Below, one piece after another: positions 52,221 through 64,000 of a DNA stretch of 64,000 nucleotides. The position numbers and the translations under genes were made by a program. The notes below the pieces were generated by a model. That model saw nothing but the letters and a program-made list of their open reading frames with translations, ran no database searches and had not been told where the DNA came from. The stretch comes from Halocafeteria seosinensis (Eukaryota). The stretch covers positions 62,001 to 126,000 of the forward strand of contig LVLI01000069.1 of NCBI GenBank assembly GCA_001687465.1, written 5' to 3'. Positions within the stretch are counted from its first letter, which is position 1. Each line of letters starts with the position of its first letter.

Positions 52221-55200
52221 ATGAGTGAACGATTTGTTTGTCCGGTTGCCACCTACATTCCCCGGTGGGAAGATCGCGCTTTATCCCTCTATATCGAGTT
52301 GTTGCGCCAGTATAGAAGGCCACCCAGAATGTCGGCGGCTAGCTCACCCAATGCGGCAGGCCCTCCTTCTGTGGGAGGGCCTCCATCTGAAGGGAATAAG
52401 GAGGAAGAGATACCGGACCTCTCTGAGAGTGACATCCAGGAGATGATGATATTTTATGCTCGTCGTAATCAGTATGAGACGATATCTACCTTATGCGCAC
52501 ATTATAGTGTCGACCATCTAGTGAAGGCCAGGGAGAGTGACACCCAAATGTCGACATTGCACTGGTTCTCGCTGGCTGGGAACGTGGTGGCATGTGAGGA
52601 GATCATGAAGATACCAGGGGGGTTAGAGCTTGTAAGTACCTATATTGTGCTGTTTCTGTCGTTTATTGCGATTTGATAGCCTTTTCCAAGGAGCCACCGA
52701 CGTACCGAAGTTGTTATACTGGTTGAATGAGTGTTGGCTGCAGATTAGGGCGCAAGATATACATGGACGAACTCCATTGCATCTATCAGCTATCCGAGGG
52801 CATATCGAATCAGTACAGTTATTTCTGGCATATGGTGCTGATTTGGAAGAGAAAGACTCTGCGAATGCGACGGCCCTTTTGTTGGCGACCCAAAACAATC
52901 ACTGCCTCTTAGTACTGTATCTTCTAGATATTGGAGCTGACAGAAACGCCTGTGACTCAAACGGCTGCAGCATTGCTCATTGGGCGGCGTTCAAAGGTAC
53001 GCTTGTCGCCAGTTGACTTGGTAGTCTACGACGGTAAAAATTCTTGCTTTCTTCTATGTTATCGTGTCATTATTGGGCAGGGTCCTCGGAGATTCTTAGT
53101 TTGCTGCAGAAGAGAGGAATGGATCTAGATCTTTACGACGATTGCGGGTATACTCCACTTCATCGAGGTATTTTAGGAATGCAGCCCGCGGTAGTCAAGT
53201 ACTTGCTGTTTAAAGCGGACGTCTCTGGTTACACACCAACGCGACCCCCGACGGGTGCCGTTGAAGGGGATGAAAGGCCACTTAGTCCAAGGGAGCTGAT
53301 TGCACAATTACGGCACAGTGGACGTGATGCGAATACGTGGGTCAAGCTCCAGCCAATTTCTTCCTTTATCGATCATTGGCTCCAAACCGAAGGCAATCAA
53401 GGACCAGCGACCTTTGTCACTACCCTCAAGAAGAAATCCAAGGATTTTTTCATGATATACGGTGTGCATGCAATTTGGTTTTCAGCTGTAATTGTTACAG
53501 CAGTAACTTGGTGGAATGTGTTGCTTCCAGTGGGGGAGCTTCGCACAATAGATAGTATTGGTATTCTGTTTTATTTTGCAACATTGGCACTCTTATTCTA
53601 CATTCAGTTTCGGGCAAAGAACGCTTTGGTTGATCCGTACTCTATCCGCTATAAGAATGGACCGGTACTAGAGAGTGTTGCATGGAGAGAACTACCCGAT
53701 GCTCAAGCTCTTGCATCACAGTATGAAATGACGTCAACGGCGCAGACTCTAGAGTCTACAAGGTTTCCTTTTGATGAAGCAGGGGAGAACTTCAAAGCAG
53801 CCACAAACGACGAAGAACAGCCATTGCTGGAGAGTGAGCACCAAGAACATGGTGCATTCGGTGCGTTATTCGTGAGTAACCCTCGTCCACCGGAACTAGA
53901 GCATATTCGACCAGAAAGTTCGGACGAAAAACTTGAAAAATTTCAGCATCTGGTGAACCAGTGTTGTGTAGAGCCAAAAGTGAAAGGCGCTGCTGCCTCG
54001 GCTGCATCCCAGCTGCTCAGCGTCTCAAGGATATTGAGTCATGGACATGTAGGAGGGGTGCTCCAGTCTTCCATCCAAAGTCAACTTTCTGGTTTTGATA
54101 AATCTGTGCATTTGGAACTTATCCCGGAGAGAAAAGTTCTACAGGACGACACAGCGCTATCCGACGCAGCAACCTCACTTTTGAAACGCCCACTCTCCCA
54201 TGTGGAGCGGTTAGTGTTGGATACTCTACCGCTCAGATCGACAAATCTTCGAGATCCCGCTATTTGCTTTACATCGGAAGTACCGAAGATACTACGCAGC
54301 AAGCACGACTCAATGACAGATTGTCGCTATAGCGTATTTGACCATTTTTGGTAAGTAGGCATGATACTATTCCCATCGATCAATTTAGACTATAATGCAT
54401 GTTTGCAGCGGTTGGCTTGGATGTGTTATCTGTGAGTCGAATCATCCCGCGTTCGTTGTATTTATGCTGCTGCACGTCGTCGTGAACACTTGCTGGCTAT
54501 GGCTGACATTTGGACGTATGTACCTCAAAATATTTGTACTTATGATCTGATGAGATATGGAACAGTTTGTTACTCATTCTTCTTTCATCCTCCCATACTT
54601 CACAGAAATAGCGTCGTTCTGGACCGCCAACGAGACGTTCTCTGGCTTCTTTGCTGATACCTTCTGGTACCGGGGTGGCCCGCTTCTCTTCTATGGGTTG
54701 CTGACTCATTTACTTTCGGTGGTAATGATCGCCGCGCTATGTCACTTCCACATTTCTTCATGTGCCCTGGAGGGTGGCACAACGAATGAGGTGGGTTTGA
54801 ATCCCGCTATTAGGTGTTTGCTGCGTCATTATTCTAGATCGTTGACTGCATTGTGATGCAGATGATGAATCGTGAAAGATATGAGTACTTGAATCTTGAT
54901 GTTATCCGCTATCGTCCGGGTTCAGAAAATGCAAGCAGTCCGATACCGTTAGAAAAACTGGCATTTTCACCCGAACACCCAATGGAGAGAATTCAGAAGG
55001 AATTGAAGAGCGGGGCAAAACTTACGCAAGAGCAGCAAAACCCCTTCTCTAAGCCCAGTCGTTGGCGTAATATGAAGACTTTTTTTCGTTTAGAGGAGCC
55101 TATTCGCATATCAATTGTTGCGGCGATGCTGCGACGTATGCGAGTACGCCTACTACGGGACATGTGGTCCACAGCCTGCAAAGAGTTAGGAATAGATGAT

Positions 55201-55353
55201 GCGGACGGGGAACAGCCGTACAATCCTCCCAAACAAGTCCAGGAAATAATGGCCGCGTTTGCTGCAGGAAGGGGTTCAAGCGCTCCTGTTTCACCCCAGC
55301 CAGAGGCAAATTCCGAAAATCCCGAAGATGGTTATCCTGCTATCCCCGTATAG
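52221..55353 (+). CDS. Ankyrin-repeat DHHC-family S-acyltransferase (Akr1-like), DHFC variant
   Basis: Ankyrin repeats (GRTPLHLSAIRGH, GYTPLHRG), TMs, RSKH...FDHFC|GWLGCVICESNH, TTNE, NPFS. Start could be 52329. Confidence 0.85.
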
Positions 55354-55548
55354 ATACACCTGAGCTCTTTAGTCGTCGATTCCGAAGGCTTGTCGGGAGA
55401 GGGCATGGTCTGCAGAGCGTTGGACTGCGGTGGAGCTTCATTTGCATGCCTCTTGTACAGTGACGGTTATTCACCCCAGTCTCTACTAACAAAAGAGTGG
55501 ATATCTAATCTAACTGTCCACAACTTGGATGCATTGAGAAGCTTCCCG

Positions 55549-56194
55549 CTACGGCGACTGGGTACCTCGTCTTCTGCTCTCACACATTCCTTCTGCAAGC
55601 AAACCAATGGTGGTGGTTACGCTCAGCTTGCAAGTCTCCGACTCATCATACTCGTCAATACACAAACACATACGTTCCATGGGTAATGGGTCCAGAATGT
55701 GTGGGTTCAGACCACAATCAGCGGGGTTCCCCAACGGCGGATTTCCATACTTGGCATAGAAGCAAAACGATAGCGACGGATCTGTTTTGTTCGCTAATTG
55801 AATAGAGTACCAACCATCATCCACAAACGTTGCACCTCTGAAAACAAAGGATGTGTTTTAGATAGGGACTTTGCATTTACGTGTGGACGTAAAGAAGCGC
55901 CTTACAGTCACTTACTCTCCTTTCCAGGTCAGACATGTTGAGAACTCATTCTGATAATTCACACAGTACCGCACATCTCCTTTGGGATCCCGTAAGTCAT
56001 AAGAGAAGCATTCACCTGTAAGGTTGTATCTCCATTGTTTTCTGTCGAAGTGAGAAAAGCGAAAATTCTCGTAACATGTACCATTCAAAGCAATTTGGAA
56101 TTGTTTTGAAAGACTTACGCAAGATTTTTTGGTAGGTGTGCCACGAAGTGTTTAAGACAATGATGAATACAATGAAACCCAGAAACCGATTCAT
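55549..56194 (-). CDS. Putative small secreted/membrane Cys-containing protein
   Basis: Hydrophobic N-terminus (MNRFLGFIVFIIVL) and plausible GT-AG introns linking to the 55549-55824 ORF; no family recognised. Confidence 0.4.
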
Positions 56195-56458
56195 GATTGG
56201 TTTGTAAAACTGCAGAAGTTCTTATCTAAAAACCGAAAATGCACCATTGGCATCAAATACGACTGAAATCGCCCTCTTTAAGCCTTTGGAGCTTCCAAAA
56301 CTTGTTACTATTGAAGCAATCTTTTCTTTCACATCTGATTGGAATCTTTGATTGAGCGTCTTCTGCGTTCCACAGCGTTAGAAACGAGTGCATTGCTTGC
56401 TGGTTGGGTATTATTAGGTACTTTTGGGAGCCTTGATTGACAGTTTGAAGAGGTGAAA

Positions 56459-58841
<2,383 letters not shown>

Positions 58842-58874
58842 CACGCAACAATCGGACCGCACCCCCGAGAATTT

Positions 58875-60266
58875 TCATGAAAGTTCACTGCGGCCGACTA
58901 TATCTTGTGGGAGATCGCACTGCCGCTTGCTGCATAACTCAAACATCCTTCGAGGACGATTGCTTCGGAGATCAAGTACTTCGTTGGATATGTGTTGGCG
59001 GTGCTGAACGAGATGAGGAAACAATCGCATTCCGATAACTTTTTCAACATCAGTAATTTCAACAACAAATTGCGACAGTGCAGTCCTCGCGTTGATGGGC
59101 TGATTCGGGATAACAAATGCGGCGACAGCCATTTCCGAAGTGCCTTGCTTTTCGGCGAGGATAACCTTGAAGAAATGAGTAGGCACGGCCACCAAGTTGG
59201 GCGATTGGCCCACATATCCGTGGCGTAACTCCCACTTAGGGACAAGTATCTCCTGATTGGTTTGTGCGTCACTTTCTGTGTTCGGGTGCCGGTGGGTGGG
59301 CTTGAAGTACTCTTGCTGCAGTAGTTGCTGGTTCCGACTTCCTCTCCTCTTATCGTCGCTACTGGTCTCAGAATAGTACGGCGTTGGAAGATAAAGGGGG
59401 CCGGTAAATACGTGTATTTCATCAAAATCCTGCACGATGCGTAACGGCATTCCATCAGCAATCTGTGCCTGGTATTAGAATACACATACCTGTTTCAAGC
59501 CCCTGACGAACATCTCAAGTCTCTTCCAGTAATTGCGGTTGAATCCTGCGAGTGCAGCAGCACATTTGGTTGACACACAGTTTCTTCGTGTCTTTTGCGT
59601 TGCACTCACCTGCTCCAATCTGGGGACTCATGTTGCTCAGAACGAACGTCGCGTCCATGGATTGCTGGTTTTCGGTATGGTTGGCTGCCGCGGCTTGGTG
59701 TCCTCGATCGTACCCTGAGCCTCTGCGTAATCCTAGCAACCAAGCACGTTGATTCCCACTTCCAACTCTGGCAGATATGAAAGCACTCACCGAAAGTCTT
59801 CCAGGCGATTTCGGAAGTCTGGTTCAAATGAGGTATCTTCATAAAACTTCGAGTTACTTCTCGAGGCCGTCGACGCGCCGCTAGATTCATTATAGGACGA
59901 CTGGGGCGAGGAACCTTCCAGAAAATGCCAGAGTTTCTTGAGAAAAGTGTCCGTGCTGCGAATGGAGCTCGAGGAATCGAACTCGAGATTCCCTCCAAAG
60001 TGCTCGTACACCCAACGGGGATTCCGGCGGCTCGTATCAAATGACACCACGATACGTCCATGTTTTCGCAGTCCGTCGATATTGGGACACCCATACTTCA
60101 TTGATCTAAGCGCATCGATCTGTTGGGGAGGCATCTTGAGCTCTTCCATTAGCCATTGTTCAGGAAACATCCGCTGGTTCGAAATACCCCATCCTAACCA
60201 TAGTCCTCCGGTGGCCGCCGCCGCACTTGCTGCTAGACACGTCTGGAACTGTGTTCCCTTACCCAT
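58875..60266 (-). CDS. ENDOG: DNA/RNA non-specific endonuclease (Endonuclease G/Nuc1-like)
   Basis: RNPRWVYEH, GYDRGHQAAAANH active site, TFVLSNMSPQ, TGPLYLP, VAVPTHFFKV, AFVIPN. Confidence 0.9.
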
Positions 60267-60500
60267 TGCAATGATATTTCATTGAGTACGAGCTGGATAT
60301 TCTAAGTCGGCATTCGTAATGTTAATTGTATTTGGGACTACCGCTGGTCAACACTATTGAATACCCCTTGACTGTTTGACTACTGGTCACCGAGTGGACG
60401 GTACTGCGCCACGGTAGTCTATTTGTATTGGACAACTAGCGAAACATTGAATAAAACAAGTACGACGCAATAAATTGCGAATAAAAAACAAAGTGTCGTC

Positions 60501-63500
60501 TCATGTGAATTGGCCACATCTGAGGTTGGAGCCGATGGGGGCGGTTCCCAGGGTGACATCTCTACTTGCATACCTTTGCCTGGCACTTTCGGACGCAGCT
60601 GAGCGTCGGGGTCTCTTCGCAAGACCTGCTACTACGTCGCTTTGAGGGGTGGTGGACTTCTGATTTGTCTGGTTCTTGGCACGTTTCCTAGAAGCCGGAG
60701 AAGCGGGAGCGGATCCGACTGTAGCCATCAAACTACCACCGTACTTTTCTCTAGAACTTGCCAGTTTTGCTGTGCGTGAAGGCCGGCCCACCGGCGTTTC
60801 GTCTCGCTGATTTCGAGAGTTTTCAAGTTGCCCATCGCAGTTATTTGACTGTCGCTTTGAGGAAGAAAGGCTTTCCTCTCCGGCGGCGTTCGAGGGTTGA
60901 TCGCTGTTACCAGCATCTGAGGTGGGCTGACTTTGACGCTTACTCCCGTGGCTATGGTCCTCTAAATCAATTTGCGATATACGTCTTTCCCCACCAGATG
61001 TTACACTATCCTTGGACATGGCTTGACGTTTCCTTCTGGTACAACAACCGCTTGGTTCCTGCAGATGCAGAGCTTGGTGTTGTAACTGTTCAGCATCGCT
61101 CCAATACTCTCCTGTGCTATTATGCGATCGTAGTTCCCGTAGTACTCGGTTGCGGGAACGTTTAGCCCTTCGCTTTCGCTCTCTAGGTTCGCATTGCTCT
61201 TCCCGTGCATCTTCATTTTCATGGCCCTCTACTTGTGAGTGTTTCTTCTGAGTAGTATCCTTGGCAATTGGCTCGGAAGTCCCACGTTTCCGATTGTCTT
61301 CGTTCGAGTCCTCCTGCATGTCTACATTGTCAAATGAAAGTGCCATCTTGATAGGAGAGCTTTGGTCATTCCTGTTTCTGCCCAACCAGCTTTGTAGTAC
61401 AGGAGGAGGCGTTGCTCCGGCAGTACTGTTATCTGTTTTCGGGGGAGACGACACAAATTCGAAGACATCAGAATCGGACTTAGAGGAGCCCGTCGCACTG
61501 GATTGGGGAGAGCCCACTAGGGTTTGAAAGCGATCATTGGTGGTAGGTGTCGCTGAGTCGCTGGAACTCGTTGGACTAACTGTTGCAGTGACATCATTGC
61601 ATTCACCTTCAAAAATATCGTCAATGTTTTCACCGCGGATAATTCTTTGCCACTTGGAGCGAGCAGCCTCGAGTTTTTCCGATCTACTCAGTGATCGATT
61701 ACGGTTAGTAGGCCGTTGAGAGGAACGAGCCTGCTCGGTGTTAACTTGGGTTGCGCGCGAGCAGGTACTATCCGCACTAGCACCAGAAACACTGCTGCGA
61801 ATGCATTGGCGGTGTTCAGTGTTGCCTGAGCATATCGCACTTGAAAGTAGAAGTTTACCGCGGCGGCCACCTCCGTTGGCAGTAGTCGATTTCTTCACTG
61901 GGCCTTTTTCTTGCGGCGCTGACTGAGTTTTCTGAGGAGACACAAAGCATTGGGCCATGTCGGTATTCCTTCTGATTCGACGTTGAAGAAGACGGCTTCT
62001 GACACTCCCTGTTTGCTTTGGAGGACTCGGTACCTGGTTTACTGTGCTCTGACTAGTTGATGGCTCTTCCTTCTCCGGAGTATCATAACTTGAGGGTGCA
62101 GGATTGGAGGACGCTTCATCCAATGAGTGGCCATCGTTGGCTTCCTTCTGCATCGAAAGGAATAACAGTGTCAGAAATTGTGTCACTGGGAACACAACGA
62201 ATGTCTGCTGTACATACCGCGCGGACAGATGACTCATGCTGATCAGGTTGTGGCGATAGATGGTCCGCTGAATTATCACTCACATCTCCCTCCTGTACCT
62301 AACAGGGACAGCAGATATTCTTTCCTGGGAGATGACACCGAGACACGCACGACTGAAAACTTACCACGAATCTAACACGCTTTTTCTTCTTCTTTGCACT
62401 AGTCGTCAAGCTACTGTTATTACTGCATGGAGAAGAGAACTCAGAGTTCCGCTTATTGGGGGTTCCTTTTGAGATATCAGCGGACGGTTCAGCAGTCGCA
62501 GTCGTAGCAGGCCCTGAGTTTGGAACAGGAGAAAGCGATTGAGAAGCCAATGGACTAGATTGGTGTGTCTCTAAGTTCCCCGCAGTGCAGCATCGAGACT
62601 GATCCCTGGGGGAGGTGAAGGTTGGAGAGAGGCAAGTAGTGTCACTAGTTGATACAGGGGAAAACGGTTCACTGGGCACCAAGGATGCAGCGCTGGACAC
62701 GCTGAAAGATTCACATTGGATTCGAGGCTCTTCAGGCACAGTTGACACCGTTGACGAGTAGTGTGCTTGAAGAGTAGTGCCCAGGTAACTGTCGTCGCTT
62801 TCCTTGTTCGGACAGCCGTTTGTTGTTGCGCCGGGCAAATCATTGAGATTATCTTCCAAAATTTCGTCAGGTTTGTCATCGCCGAATTCAGGAGACATAA
62901 AGTCCGCATCGAAATTGTCCTCCATATCAGAAGCATATGGCATTTCTTCGCCCATTTCCCAAGCATCGATGCCCGTATTCACCGCGTTGCTTGTTCCGTC
63001 AGATGCCGAATTAGTCGTCGTATTTGAAGCGCCTCTCGGCGGCACCGACTGCAGGGTTTTCTCCAGCGAAGACTCTGTCCAATGTGTTGCTTTACTTGCT
63101 TCTTTCGACAGACAAAAGTTTGCCTGCTGCATTAATGCCCTTGCACGCCCGGAACCCTCTGGGCGATGCTTTGTATATCGCGGGTTCTGAAACTGGTGGC
63201 TGCTCGACATTATCTTGCCGTCCCCATCGCGGTTCTGCTGTTGGTCGAATTGGTGCTTTTGATGGCCTAAAAGAACAGCATTGGAGCCCTGAGGAGACAA
63301 ATACGACGTCAATGAGCGCCCTGTAGATGAAAATGACGGCGAAGATACCCCATTGCTGGCCACGGATGAGACCAAACGATGCCCTCGAGAGCTCGTTGTC
63401 GACGGCATGCTGGCGCGCCCCTTATGTTGTGTCCTTGAGTAGTAGTATTGATCATGTGCAGGCGCTGCAAGCATGATATATAGTGTATGTAGTCCCAAAA

Positions 63501-63519
63501 AGCGCCCTCGATAATTCAA
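60501..63519 (-). CDS. Large intrinsically disordered S/T-rich protein (probably one gene, at least 3 exons)
   Basis: ORFs 62299-63519 and 60501-62279 can be joined in frame through a phase-0 exon (~62218-62298, VQEGDVS...SVRA). Start and stop uncertain. Confidence 0.5.
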
Positions 63520-64000
63520 ATTCCAAAATGCAGTTCCAGCTTCCTACGCTCTATTTCTTTTCTTTTCCAACAGAGAAACCAAGGTAGAGTGATACATTAA
63601 ACTGGAAACTATTCATCAAACGAGGTCACGTTTGAAACACATCAAATTCGAGGCAAATATGGACTACGTAAGCCTTGTTTTAAATTTTTGGAACGATTTG
63701 AATCGAGTGAACGAAAAGTTTGCTGCTTTTCAACTCTTAATAAATCCGGTGGATTTGGGAAGTCCGCACATCCGCTACTGCTGATTTTGGACGAGGAGTG
63801 TACAGGTCAATAACCAACGCTACTGCAGCTATTGAGCATTCGTGGAACCGTGGAGCGGAACGAAGACATTTGTACCCTCGCGATACCATATATTTGTGTG
63901 TCGTTGCCGTCGCTGCAACATGGTCGGGTTGTCAACTGCCATCGTTTACACCTGCAGGGAACCCAGCAAAAACTGGATGTTAACTCCTGGAGTAACAGAG

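Overview
Gene-dense eukaryotic nuclear DNA with many short GT-AG introns (mostly about 50-100 nt). I assembled about 30 protein-coding genes by hand from ORF fragments and splice sites. Flagellar genes (kinesin-9, outer-dynein-arm docking complex), a CYP51 and TALE homeodomains with a W-x5-H-x3-PYP loop point to a flagellated, sterol-making protist, probably a stramenopile (inference). I recognised no rRNA, tRNA, CRISPR array or transposon. Main candidates for new biology: (1) a convergent pair of di-SUMO-like genes that both keep a C-terminal Gly-Gly, suggesting conjugatable tandem-SUMO modifiers; (2) a possible sterol/lipid-oxidation cluster (CYP51 head-to-head with a second P450, plus membrane ALDH22 and a membrane SDR) next to a tandem pair of TALE homeobox genes, one with a degenerate recognition helix; (3) unusual fusions (PH-tetraspanin, kinesin-9-PH); (4) a divergent pair of intronless bZIP-like genes lacking the invariant Asn; (5) active-site variants (PFK-2 with a dead phosphatase domain, DHFC acyltransferase, stand-alone Cys-type RNA triphosphatase). 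Gene coordinates are start-to-stop spans including introns; exon models were read manually and are unverified.
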